Source of the DNA: Auanema rhodensis
Taxonomy: Eukaryota; Animalia; Nematoda
Direction of reading: 5' to 3'
DNA length: 64,000 bases
Assembly: GCA_964057225.1 (NCBI GenBank)
Contig: OZ059900.1
Span: 8,928,001 to 8,992,000, forward strand
Position numbers and translations under genes: made by a program. Below, piece by piece: positions 29,301 through 43,499 of this stretch. Within the stretch, counting starts at the first letter, position 1. The number at the start of each line of letters is the position of its first letter. The notes under the pieces were generated by a model. It did not search any database. It had not been told where the DNA came from and saw only the letters and a list, made by a program, of their open reading frames with translations.

Positions 29301-29900
29301 AAAATATGCTTAAGATCAAAAGTTTGAGTGATTTTGCCAAAATGCCCTTCAAACCCCAAAAAACCAATAATTCTTGATATTTTCGGTCCTTTTTGACCAA
29401 AGTGGTTAAAATTGAACATATATATGTTGAAATAGTCAAAGTTTATAAATCCTGAATTTCAAATCCATATCTCAAAGGGTCTGATCAAAACATACAGTTT
29501 TCATATGTTTTGTACCCAAAATCGTTGAATATATGGCGTTTTGAGCATAAAAAGGCCCATATTTCAATCAGTTTTGATATTCGTGCAAAATACACCTATA
29601 TGAACATTTTATGACAGTATTTCATTCATTTAGTCGTTTTAGAAAAAAAAAATATGCTTAAGATCAAAAGTTTGAGTGATTTTGCCAACATGCCCTTCAA
29701 ACCCCAAAAAACCAATAATTCTTGATATTTTCGGTCCTTTTTGACCAAAGTGGTTGAAATTGAACATATATATGTAAAAATAGTCAAAGATTATGAATCC
29801 TGAATTTCAAATCCATATCTCAAAGGGTCTGATCAAAATATACAGTTTTCACATGTTTTGTACCCAAAATCGTTGAATATATGGCGTTTTGAGCATAAAA
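23330..29900 (+). repeat. Duplicated 10-monomer block; second copy is one monomer shorter
   Basis: Variants recur at +3480 (24171/27651, 24254/27734) and then at +3132 (25369/28501, 26494/29626). Confidence 0.85.
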
Positions 29901-32900
29901 AGGCCCATATTTCAATCAGTTTTGATATTCGTGCAAAATACACCTATATGAACATTTTATGACAGTATTTCATATATTTAGTCGTTTTAGAAGAAAAAAA
30001 TATGCTTAAGATCAAAAGTTTGAGTGATTTTGCCAAAATGCCCTTCAAACCCCAAAAAACCAATAATTCTTGATATTTTCGGTCCTTTTTGACCAAAGTG
30101 GTTAAAATTGAACATATATATGTTAAAATAGTCAAAGTTTATAAATCCTGAACTTCAAATCCATATCTCAAAGGGTCTGATCAAAACATACAGTTTTCAC
30201 ATGTTTTGTACCCAGAATCGTTGAATATATGGCGTTTTCAGCATAAAAAGGCCCATATTTCAATCAGTTTTGATATTCGTGCAAAATACACCTATATGAA
30301 CATTCTATGACAGTATTTCATAAATCTAGTCGTTTTAGAAGAAAAAAATATGCTTAAGATCAAAAGTTTGAGTGATTTTGCCAAAATGCCCTTCAAACCC
30401 CAAAAAACCAATAATTCTTGATATTTTCGGTCCTTTTTGACCAAAGTGGTTAAAATTGAACATATATATGTTGAAATAGTCAAAGTTTATAAATCCTGAA
30501 TTTCAAATCCATATCTCAAAGGGTCTGATCAACACATACAGTTTTCACATGTTTTGTACCCAAAATCGTTGAATATATGGCGTTTTCAGCATAAAAAGGC
30601 CCATATTTCAATCAGTTTTGATATTCGTGCAAAATACACCTATATGAACATTCTATGACAGTATTTCATACATTTAGTCGTTTTAGAAGAAAAAAATATG
30701 CTTAAGATCAAAAGTTTGACTGATTTTGCCAAAATGCCCTTCAAACCTCAAAAAACCAATAATTCTTGATATTTTCGGTCCTTTTTGACCAAAATAGTTA
30801 AAATTGAACATATAGATGTGAAAATAGTCAAAGTTTATGAAACCTAAATTTCAGATCCATATCTCAAAGGGTCTGATCAAAACATACAGTTTTCACATGT
30901 TTTGTACCCAAAATCGTTGAATATATGGCGTTTTGAGCATAAAAAGGCCCATATTTCAATCAGTTTTGATATTCGTGCAAAATACACCTATATGAACATT
31001 CTATGACAGTATTTCATAAATTTAGTCGTTTTAGAAGAAAAAAATATGCTTAAGATCAAAAGTTTGAGTGATTTTGCCAAAATGCCCTTCAAACCCCAAA
31101 AAACCAATAATTCTTGATATTTTCGGTCCTTTTTGACCAAAGTGGTTAAAATTGAACATATATATGTTGAAATAGTCAAAGTTTATAAATCCTGAATTTC
31201 AAATCCATATCTCAAAGGGTCTGATCAAAACATACAGTTTTCATATGTTTTGTACCCAAAATCGTTGAATATATGGCGTTTTGAGCATAAAAAGGCCCAT
31301 ATTTCAATCAGTTTTGATATTCGTGCAAAATACACCTATATGAACATTTTATGACAGTATTTCATATATGTAGTCGTTTTAGAAGAAAAAAATATGCTTA
31401 AGATCAAAAGTTTGAGTGATTTTGCCAACATGCCCTTCAAACCCCAAAAAACCAATAATTCTTGATATTTTCGGTCCTTTTTGACCAAAGTGGTTAAAAT
31501 TGAACATATATATGTTAAAATAGTCAAAGTTTATGAACCCTGAATTTCAAATCCATATCTCAAAGGGTCTGATCAAAACATACAGTTTTCACATGTTTTG
31601 TGCCCAAAATCGTTGAATATATGGCGTTTTGAGCATAAAAAGGCCCATATTTCAATCAGTTTTGATATTCGTGCAAAATACACCTATATGCACATTCTGC
31701 GACTGTATTTCATATATTTAGTCGTTTTAGAAGAGAAAAATATGCTTAAGATCAAAAGTTTGAGTGATTTTGCCAAAATGCCCTTCAAACCCCAAAAAAC
31801 CAATAATTCTTGATATTTTCGGTCCTTTTTGACCAAAGTGGTTAAAATTGAACATATATATGTTGAAATAGTCAAAGTTTATAAATCCTGAATTTCAAAT
31901 CCATATCTCAAAGGGTCTGATCAAAACATACAGTTTTCATATGTTTTGTACCCAAAATCGTTGAATATATGGCGTTTTGAGCATAAAAAGGCCCATATTT
32001 CAATCAGTTTTGATAGTCGTGCAAAATAAACCTATATGAACATTCTATGACAGTATTTCATATATTTAGTCGTTTTAGAAAAAAAAAATATGCTTAAGAT
32101 CAAAAGTTTGAGTGATTTTGCCAAAATGCCCTTCAAACCCCAAAAAACCAATAATTCTCGATATTTTCGGTCCTTTTTGACCAAAGTGGTTAAAATTGAA
32201 CATATATATGTAAAAATAGTCAAAGTTCATAAATCCTGATTTTCAAATCCATATCTCAAAGGGTCTGATCAACACATACAGTTTTCACATGTTTTGTACC
32301 CAAAATCGTTGAATATATGGCGTTTTGAGCATAAAAAGGCCCATATTTCAATCAGTTTTGATAGTCGTGCAAAATACACCTATATGCACATTCTGCGACA
32401 GTATTTCATATATTTAGTCGTTTTAGAAGAGAAAAATATGCTTAAGATCAAAAGTTTGAGTGATTTTGCCAAAATGCCCTTCAAACCCCAAAAAACCAAT
32501 AATTCTTGATATTTTCGGTCCTTTTTGACCAAAGTGGTTAAAATTGAACATATATATGTTGAAATAGTCAAAGTTTATAAATCCTGAATTTCAAATCCAT
32601 ATCTCAAAGGGTCTGATCAAAACATACAGTTTTCATATGTTTTGTACCCAAAATCGTTGAATATATGGCGTTTTGAGCATAAAAAGGCCCATATTTCAAT
32701 CAGTTTTGATATTCGTGCAAAATACACCTATATGAACATTTTATGACAGTATTTCATACATTTAGTCGTTTTAGAAAAAAAAAATATGCTTAAGATCAAA
32801 AGTTTGAGTGATTTTGCCAACATGCCCTTCAAACCCCAAAAAACCAATAATTCTTGATATTTTCGGTCCTTTTTGACCAAAGTGGTTGAAATTGAACATA

Positions 32901-35900
32901 TATATGTAAAAATAGTCAAAGATTATGAATCCTGAATTTCAAATCCATATCTCAAAGGGTCTGATCAAAATATACAGTTTTCACATGTTTTGTACCCAAA
33001 ATCGTTGAATATATGGCGTTTTGAGCATAAAAAGGCCCATATTTCAATCAGTTTTGATATTCGTGCAAAATACACCTATATGAACATTTTATGACAGTAT
33101 TTCATATATTTAGTCGTTTTAGAAGAAAAAAATATGCTTAAGATCAAAAGTTTGAGTGATTTTGCCAAAATGCCCTTCAAACCCCAAAAAACCAATAATT
33201 CTTGATATTTTCGGTCCTTTTTGACCAAAGTGGTTAAAATTGAACATATATATGTTAAAATAGTCAAAGTTTATAAATCCTGAACTTCAAATCCATATCT
33301 CAAAGGGTCTGATCAAAACATACAGTTTTCACATGTTTTGTACCCAGAATCGTTGAATATATGGCGTTTTCAGCATAAAAAGGCCCATATTTCAATCAGT
33401 TTTGATATTCGTGCAAAATACACCTATATGAACATTTTATGACAGTATTTCATATATTTAGTCGTTTTAGAAAAAAAAAATATGCTTAAGATCAAAAGTT
33501 TGAGTGATTTTGCCAACATGCCCTTCAAACCCCAGAAAACCAATAATTCTTGATATTTTCGGTCCTTTTTGACCAAAGTGGTTGAAATTGAACATATATA
33601 TGTAAAAATAGTCAAAGATTATGAATCCTGAATTTCAAATCCATATCTTAAAGGGTCTGATCAAAACATACAGTTTTCACATGTTTTGTACCCAAAATCG
33701 TTGAATATATGGCGTTTTGAGCATAAAAAGGCCCATATTTCAATCAATTTTGATATTCGTGCAAAATACACCTATATGAACATTTTATGACAGTATTTCA
33801 TACATTTAGTCGTTTTAGAAAAAAAAATATGCTTAAGATCAAAAGTTTGAGTGATTTTGCCAACATGCCCTTCAAACCCCAAAAAACCAATAATTCTTGA
33901 TATTTTCGGTCCTTTTTGACCAAAGTGGTTGAAATTGAACATATATATGTAAAAATAGTCAAAGATTATGAATCCTGAATTTCAAATCCATATCTCAAAG
34001 GGTCTGATCAAAACATATAGTTTTCACATGTTTTGTACCCAAAATCGTTGAATATATGGCGTTTTGAGCATAAAAAGGCCCATATTTCAATCAGTTTTGA
34101 TATTCGTGCAAAATACACCTATATGAACATTCTATGACAGTATTCCATACATTTAGTCGTTTTAGAAGAAAAAAATATGCTTAAGATCAAAAGTTTGAGT
34201 GATTTTGCCAAAATGCCCTTCAAACCCCAAAAAACCAATAATTCTTGATATTTTCGGTCCTTTTTGACCAAAGTGGTTAAAATTGAACATATATATGTTA
34301 AAATAGTCAAAGTTTATAAATCCTGAACTTCAAATCCATATCTCAAAGGGTCTGATCAAAACATACAGTTTTCACATGTTTTGTACCCAGAATCGTTGAA
34401 TATATGGCGTTTTCAGCATAAAAAGGCCCATATTTCAATCAGTTTTGATATTCGTGCAAAATACACCTATATGAACATTTTATGACAGTATTTCATACTA
34501 TTAGTCGTTTTAGAAGAAAAAAATATGCTTAAGATCAAAAGTTTGACTGATTTTGCCAAAATGCCCTTCAAACCTCAAAAAACCAATAATTCTTGATATT
34601 TTCGGTCCTTTTTGACCAAAGTAGTTAAAATTGAACATATAGATGTGAAAATAGTCAAAGTTTATGAATCCTAAATTTCAGATCCATATCTCAAAGGGTC
34701 TGATCAAAACATACAGTTTTCACATGTTTTGTACCCAAAATCGTTGAATATATGGCGTTTTGAGCATAAAAAGGCCCATATTTCAATCAGTTTTGATATT
34801 CGTGCAAAATACACCTATATGAACATTCTATGACAGTATTTCATGAATTTAGTCGTTTTAGAAGAAAAAAATATGCTTAAGATCAAAAGTTTGAGTGATT
34901 TTGCCAAAATGCCCTTCAAACCCCAAAAAACCAATAATTCTTGATATTTTCGGTCCTTTTTGACCAAAGTAGTTAAAATTGAACATATAGATGTGAAAAT
35001 AGTCAAAGATTATGAATCCTGAATTTCAAATCCATATCTTAAAGGGTCTGATCAAAACATACAGTTTTCACATGTTTTGTACCCAAAATCGTTGAATATA
35101 TGGCGTTTTGAGCATAAAAAGGCCCATATTTCAATCAGTTTTGATATTCGTGCAAAATACACCTATATGAACATTTTATGACAGTATTTCATACATTTAG
35201 TCGTTTTAGAAGAAAAAAATATGCTTAAGATCAAAAGTTTGAGTGATTTTGCCAACATGCCCTTCAAACCCCAAAAAACCAATAATTCTTGATATTTTCG
35301 GTCCTTTTTGACCAAAGTGGTTGAAATTGAACATATAGATGTGAAAATAGTCAAAGTTTATGAATCCTAAATTTCAGATCCATATCTCAAAGATTCTAAT
35401 CAACACATACAGTTTTCACATGTTTTGTACCCAAAATCGTTGAATATATGGCGTTTTGAGCATAAAAAGGCCCATATTTCAATCAGTTTTGATATTCGTG
35501 CAAAATACACCTATATGCACATTCTGCGACTGTATTTCATATATTTAGTCGTTTTAGAAGAAAAAAATATGCTTAAGATCAAAAGTTTGAGTGATTTTGC
35601 CAAAATGCCCTTCAAACCCCAAAAAACCAATAATTCTTGATATTTTCGGTCCTTTTTGACCAAAGTGGTTAAAATTGAACATATATATGTTGAAATAGTC
35701 AAAGTTTATAAATCCTGAATTTCAAATCCATATCTCAAAGGGTCTGATCAAAACATACAGTTTTCATATGTTTTGTACCCAAAATCGTTGAATATATGGC
35801 GTTTTGAGCATAAAAAGGCCCATATTTCAATCAGTTTTGATTTTCGTGCAAAATACACCTATATGAACATTCTATGACAGTATTTCATATATTTAGTCGT

Positions 35901-38900
35901 TTTAGAAAAAAAAATATGCTTAAGATCAAAAGTTTGAGTGATTTTGCCAAAATGCCCTTCAAACCCCAAAAAACCAATAATTCTCGATATTTTCGGTCCT
36001 TTTTGACCAAAGTGGTTAAAATTGAACATATATATGTAAAAATAGTCAAAGTTCATGAATCCTGATTTTCAAATCCATATCTCAAAGGGTCTGATCAACA
36101 CATACAGTTTTCACATGTTTTGTACCCAAAATCGTTGAATATATGGCGTTTTCAGCATAAAAAGGCCCATATTTCAATCAGTTTTGATATTCGTGCAAAA
36201 TACACCTATATGAACATTTTATGACAGTATTTCATATATTTAGTCGTTTTAGAAAAAAAAAATATGCTTAAGATCAAAAGTTTGAGTGATTTTGCCAACA
36301 TGCCCTTCAAACCCCAAAAAACCAATAATTCTTGATATTTTCGGTCCTTTTTGACCAAAGTGGTTGAAATTGAACATATATATGTAAAAATAGTCAAAGA
36401 TTATGAATCCTGAATTTCAAATCCATATCTTAAAGGGTCTGATCAAAACATACAGTTTTCACATGTTTTGTACCCAAAATCGTTGAATATATGGCGTTTT
36501 GAGCATAAAAAGGCCCATAGTTCAATCAGTTTTGATATTCGTGCAAAATACACCTATATGAACATTTTATGACAGTATTTCATACATTTAGTCGTTTTAG
36601 AAAAAAAAAATATGCTTAAGATCAAAAGTTTGAGTGATTTTGCCAACATGCCCTTCAAACCCCAAAAAACCAATAATTCTTGATATTTTCGGTCCTTTTT
36701 GACCAAAGTGGTTGAAATTGAACATATATATGTAAAAATAGTCAAAGATTATGAATCCTGAATTTCAAATCCATATCTCAAAGGGTCTGATCAAAATATA
36801 CAGTTTTCACATGTTTTGTACCCAAAATCGTTGAATATATGGCGTTTTGAGCATAAAAAGGCCCATATTTCAATCAGTTTTGATATTCGTGCAAAATACA
36901 CCTATATGAACATTTTATGACAGTATTTAATATATTTAGTCGTTTTAGAAAAAAAATATGCTTAAGATCAAAAGTTTGAGTGATTTTGCCAACATGCCCT
37001 TCAAACCCCAAAAAACCAATAATTCTTGATATTTTCGGTCCTTTTTGACCAAAGTGGTTGAAATTGAACATATATATGTAAAAATAGTCAAAGATTATAA
37101 ATCCTGAACTTCAAATCCATATCTCAAAGGGTCTGATCAAAACATACAGTTTTCACATGTTTTGTACCCAGAATCGTTGAATATATGGCGTTTTCAGCAT
37201 AAAAAGGCCCATATTTCAATCAGTTTTGATATTCGTGCAAAATACACCTATATGAACATTTTATGACAGTATTTCATACTATTAGTCGTTTTAGAAGAAA
37301 AAAATATACTTAAGATCAAAAGTTTGACTGATTTTGCCAAAATGCCCTTCAAACCTCAAAAAACCAATAATTCTTGATATTTTCGGTCCTTTTTGACCAA
37401 AGTAGTTAAAATTGAACATATAGATGTGAAAATAGTCAAAGTTTATGAATCCTAATTTTCAGATCCATATCTCAAAGGGTCTGATCAAAACATACAGTTT
37501 TCACATGTTTTGTGCCCAAAATCGTTGAATATATGGCGTTTTGAGCATAAAAAGGCCCATATTTCAATCAGTTTTGATATTCGTGCAAAATACACCTATA
37601 TGCACATTCTGCGACTGTATTTCATATATTTAGTCGTTTTAGAAGAGAAAAATATGCTTAAGATCAAAAGTTTGAGTGATTTTGCCAAAATGCCCTTCAA
37701 ACCCCAAAAAACCAATAATTCTTGATATTTTCGGTCCTTTTTGACCAAAGTGGTTAAAATTGAACATATATATGTAAAAATAGTCAAAGTTTATGAATCC
37801 TGAATTTCAAATCCATATCTCAAAGGGTCTGATCAAAACATACAGTTTTCACATGTTTTGTACCCAAAATCGTTGAATATATGGCGTTTTGAGCATAAAA
37901 AGGCCCATATTTCAATCAGTTTTGATATTCGTGCAAAATACACCTATATGAACATTCTATGACATTATTTCATAAATTTAGTCGTTTTAGAAAAAAAAAA
38001 TATGCTTAAGATCAAAAGTTTGAGTGATTTTGCCAAAATGCCCTTCAAACCCCAAAAAACCAATAATTCTTGATATTTTCGGTCCTTTTTGACCAAAGTG
38101 GTTAAAATTGAACATATATATGTAAAAATAGTCAAAGTTTATAAATCCTGAATTTCAAATCCATATCTCAAAGGGTCTGATCAAAACATACAGTTTTCAT
38201 ATGTTTTGTACCCAAAATCGTTGAATATATGGCGTTTTGAGCATAAAAAGGCCCATATTTCAATCAGTTTTGATATTCGTGCAAAATACACCTATATGAA
38301 CATTTTATGACAGTATTTCATACATTTAGTCGTTTTAGAAAAAAAAATATGCTTAAGATCAAAAGTTTGAGTGATTTTGCCAACATGCCCTTCAAACCCC
38401 AAAAAACCAAAAATTCTTGATATTTTCGGTCCTTTTTGACCAAAGTGGTTGAAATTGAACATATATATGTAAAAATAGTTAAAGATTATGAATCCTGAAT
38501 TTCAAATCTATATCTCAAAGGGTCTGATCAAAACATACAGTTTTCACATGTTTTGTACCCAAAATCGTTGAATATATGGCGTTTTGAGCATAAAAAGGCC
38601 CATATTTCAATCAGTTTTGATATTCGTGCAAAATACACCTATATGAACATTTTATGACAGTATTTCATATATTTAGTCGTTTTAGAAGAAAAAAATATGC
38701 TTAAGATCAAAAGTTTGAGTGATTTTGCCAAAATGCCCTTCAAACCCCGAAAAACCAATAATTCTTGATATTTTCGGTCCTTTTTGACCAAAGTGGTTAA
38801 AATTGAACATATGTTAAAATAGTCAAAGTTTATAAATCCTGAACTTCAAATCCATATCTCAAAGGGTCTGATCAAAACATACAGTTTTCACATGTTTTGT

Positions 38901-41900
38901 ACCCAGAATCGTTGAATATATGGCGTTTTCAGCATAAAAAGGCCCATATTTCAATCAGTTTTGATATTCGTGCAAAATACACCTATATGAACATTTTATG
39001 ACAGTATTTCATACTATTAGTCGTTTTAGAAGAAAAAAATATACTTAAGATCAAAAGTTTGACTGATTTTGCCAAAATGCCCTTCAAACCTCAAAAAACC
39101 AATAATTCTTGATATTTTCGGTCCTTTTTGACCAAAGTAGTTAAAATTGAACATATAGATGTGAAAATAGTCAAAGTTTATGAATCCTAAATTTCAGATC
39201 CATATCTCAAAGGGTCTGATCAAAACATACAGTTTTCACATGTTTTGTACCCAAAATCGTTGAATATATGGCGTTTTGAGCATAAAAAGGCCCATATTTC
39301 AATCAGTTTTGATATTCGTGCAAAATACACCTATATGAACATTCTATGACAGTATTTCATAAATTTAGTCGTTTTAGAAGAAAAAAATATGCTTAAGATC
39401 AAAAGTTTGAGTGATTTTGCCAAAATGCCCTTCAAACCCCAAAAAACCAATAATTCTTGATATTTTCGGTCCTTTTTGACCAAAGTAGTTAAAATTGAAC
39501 ATATAGATGTGAAAATAGTCAAAGTTTATGAATCCTAAATTTCAGATCCATATCTCAAAGATTCTAATCAACACATACAGTTTTCACATGTTTTGTACCC
39601 AAAATCGTTGAGTATATGGCGTTTTGAGCATAAAAAGGCCCATATTTCAATCAGTTTTGATATTCGTGCAAAATACACCTATATGAACATTTTATGACAG
39701 TATTTCATATATTTAGTCGTTTTAGAAGAAAAAAATATGCTTAAGATCAAAAGTTTGAGTGATTTTGCCAAAATGCCCTTCAAACCCCAAAAAACCAATA
39801 ATTCTTGATATTTTCGGTCCTTTTTGACCAAAGTGGTTAAAATTGAACATATATATGTTAAAATAGTCAAAGTTTATAAATCCTGAACTTCAAATCCATA
39901 TCTCAAAGGGTCTGATCAAAACATACAGTTTTCACATGTTTTGTACCCAGAATCGTTGAATATATGGCGTTTTCAGCATAAAAAGGCCCATATTTCAATC
40001 AGTTTTGATATTCGTGCAAAATACACCTATATGAACATTTTATGACAGTATTTCATACTATTAGTCGTTTTAGAAGAAAAAAATATGCTTAAGATCAAAA
40101 GTTTGACTGATTTTGCCAAAATGCCCTTCAAACCTCAAAAAACCAATAATTCTTGATATTTTCGGTCCTTTTTGACCAAAGTAGTTAAAATTGAACATAT
40201 AGATGTGAAAATAGTCAAAGTTTATGAATCCTAAATTTCAGATCCATATCTCAAAGGGTCTGATCAAAACATACAGTTTTCACATGTTTTGTACCCAAAA
40301 TCGTTGAATATATGGCGTTTTGAGCATAAAAAGGCCCATATTTCAATCAGTTTTGATATTCGTGCAAAATACACCTATATGAACATTCTATGACAGTATT
40401 TCATAAATTTAGTCGTTTTAGAAGAAAAAAATATGCTTAAGATCAAAAGTTTGACTGATTTAGCCAAAATGCCCTTCAAACCCCAAAAAACCAATAATTC
40501 TTGATATTTTCGGTCCTTTTTGACCAAAGTAGTTAAAATTGAACATATAGATGTGAAAATAGTCAAAGTTTATGAATCCTAAATTTCAGATCCATATCTC
40601 AAAGGGTCTGATCAAAACATACAGTTTTCACATGTTTTGTACCCAAAATCGTTGAATATATGGCGTTTTGAGCATAAAAAGGCCCATATTTCAATCAGTT
40701 TTGATATTCGTGCAAAATACACCTATATGAACATTCTATGACAGTATTTCATAAATTTAGTCGTTTTAGAAGAAAAAAATATGCTTAAGATCAAAAGTTT
40801 GAGTGATTTTGCCAAAATGCCCTTCAAACCCCAAAAAACCAATAATTCTTGATATTTTCGGTCCTTTTTGACCAAAGTAGTTAAAATTGAACATATAGAT
40901 GTGAAAATAGTCAAAGTTTATGAATCCTAAATTTCAGATCCATATCTCAAAGATTCTAATCAACACATACAGTTTTCACATGTTTTGTACCCAAAATCGT
41001 TGAGTATATGGCGTTTTGAGCATAAAAAGGCCCATATTTCAATCAGTTTTGATATTCGTGCAAAATACACCTATATGAACATTTTATGACAGTATTTCAT
41101 ATATTTAGTCGTTTTAGAAGAAAAAAATATGCTTAAGATCAAAAGTTTGAGTGATTTTGCCAAAATGCCCTTCAAACCCCAAAAAACCAATAATTCTTGA
41201 TATTTTCGGTCCTTTTTGACCAAAGTGGTTAAAATTGAACATATATATGTTAAAATAGTCAAAGTTTATAAATCCTGAACTTCAAATCCATATCTCAAAG
41301 GGTCTGATCAAAACATACAGTTTTCACATGTTTTGTACCCAGAATCGTTGAATATATGGCGTTTTCAGCATAAAAAGGCCCATATTTCAATCAGTTTTGA
41401 TATTCGTGCAAAATACACCTATATGAACATTCTATGACAGTATTTCATAAATTTAGTCGTTTTAGAAGAAAAAAATATGCTTAAGATCAAAAGTTTGAGT
41501 GATTTTGCCAAAATGCCCTTCAAACCCCAAAAAACCAATAATTCTTGATATTTTCGGTCCTTTTTGACCAAAGTAGTTAAAATTGAACATATAGATGTGA
41601 AAATAGTCAAAGTTTATGAATCCTAAATTTCAGATCCATATCTCAAAGATTCTAATCAACACATACAGTTTTCACATGTTTTGTACCCAAAATCGTTGAG
41701 TATATGGCGTTTTGAGCATAAAAAGGCCCATATTTCAATCAGTTTTGATATTCGTGCAAAATACACCTATATGAACATTTTATGACAGTATTTCATATAT
41801 TTAGTCGTTTTAGAAGAAAAAAATATGCTTAAGATCAAAAGTTTGAGTGATTTTGCCAAAATGCCCTTCAAACCCCAAAAAACCAATAATTCTTGATATT

Positions 41901-43499
41901 TTCGGTCCTTTTTGACCAAAGTGGTTAAAATTGAACATATATATGTTAAAATAGTCAAAGTTTATAAATCCTGAACTTCAAATCCATATCTCAAAGGGTC
42001 TGATCAAAACATACAGTTTTCACATGTTTTGTACCCAGAATCGTTGAATATATGGCGTTTTCAGCATAAAAAGGCCCATATTTCAATCAGTTTTGATATT
42101 CGTGCAAAATACACCTATATGAACATTTTATGACAGTATTTCATACTATTAGTCGTTTTAGAAGAAAAAAATATACTTAAGATCAAAAGTTTGACTGATT
42201 TTGCCAAAATGCCCTTCAAACCTCAAAAAACCAATAATTCTTGATATTTTCGGTCCTTTTTGACCAAAGTGGTTAAAATTGAACATATATATGTTGAAAT
42301 AGTCAAAGTTTATAAATCCTGAACTTCAAATCCATATCTCAAAGGGTCTGATCAAAACATACAGTTTTCACATGTTTTGTACCCAAAATCGTTGAATATA
42401 TGGCGTTTTGAGCATAAAAAGGCCCATATTTCAATCAGTTTTGATATTCGTGCAAAATACACCTATATGAACATTTTATGACAGTATTTCATATATTTAG
42501 TCGTTTTAGAAGAAAAAAATATGCTTAAGATCAAAAGTTTGAGTGATTTTGCCAAAATGCCCTTCAAACCCCAAAAAACCAATAATTCTTGATATTTTCG
42601 GTCCTTTTTGACCAAAGTGGTTAAAATTGAACATATATATGTTAAAATAGTCAAAGTTTATAAATCCTGAACTTCAAATCCATATCTCAAAGGGTCTGAT
42701 CAAAACATACAGTTTTCACATGTTTTGTACCCAGAATCGTTGAATATATGGCGTTTTCAGCATAAAAAGGCCCATATTTCAATCAGTTTTGATATTCGTG
42801 CAAAATACACCTATATGAACATTTTATGACAGTATTTCATACTATTAGTCGTTTTAGAAGAAAAAAATATGCTTAAGATCAAAAGTTTGACTGATTTTGC
42901 CAAAATGCCCTTCAAACCTCAAAAAACCAATAATTCTTGATATTTTCGGTCCTTTTTGACCAAAGTAGTTAAAATTGAACATATAGATGTGAAAATAGTC
43001 AAAGTTTATGAATCCTAAATTTCAGATCCATATCTCAAAGGGTCTGATCAAAACATACAGTTTTCACATGTTTTGTACCCAAAATCGTTGAATTTATGGC
43101 GTTTTGAGCATAAAAAGGCCCATATTTCAATCAGTTTTGATATTCGTGCAAAATACACCTATATGAACATTCTATGACAGTATTTCATAAATTTAGTCGT
43201 TTTAGAAGAAAAAAATATGCTTAAGATCAAAAGTTTGAGTGATTTTGCCAAAATGCCCTTCAAACCCCAAAAAACCAATAATTCTTGATATTTTCGGTCC
43301 TTTTTGACCAAAGTAGTTAAAATTGAACATATAGATGTGAAAATAGTCAAAGTTTATGAATCCTAAATTTCAGATCCATATCTCAAAGATTCTAATCAAC
43401 ACATACAGTTTTCACATGTTTTGTACCCAAAATCGTTGAGTATATGGCGTTTTGAGCATAAAAAGGCCCATATTTCAATCAGTTTTGATATTCGTGCAA

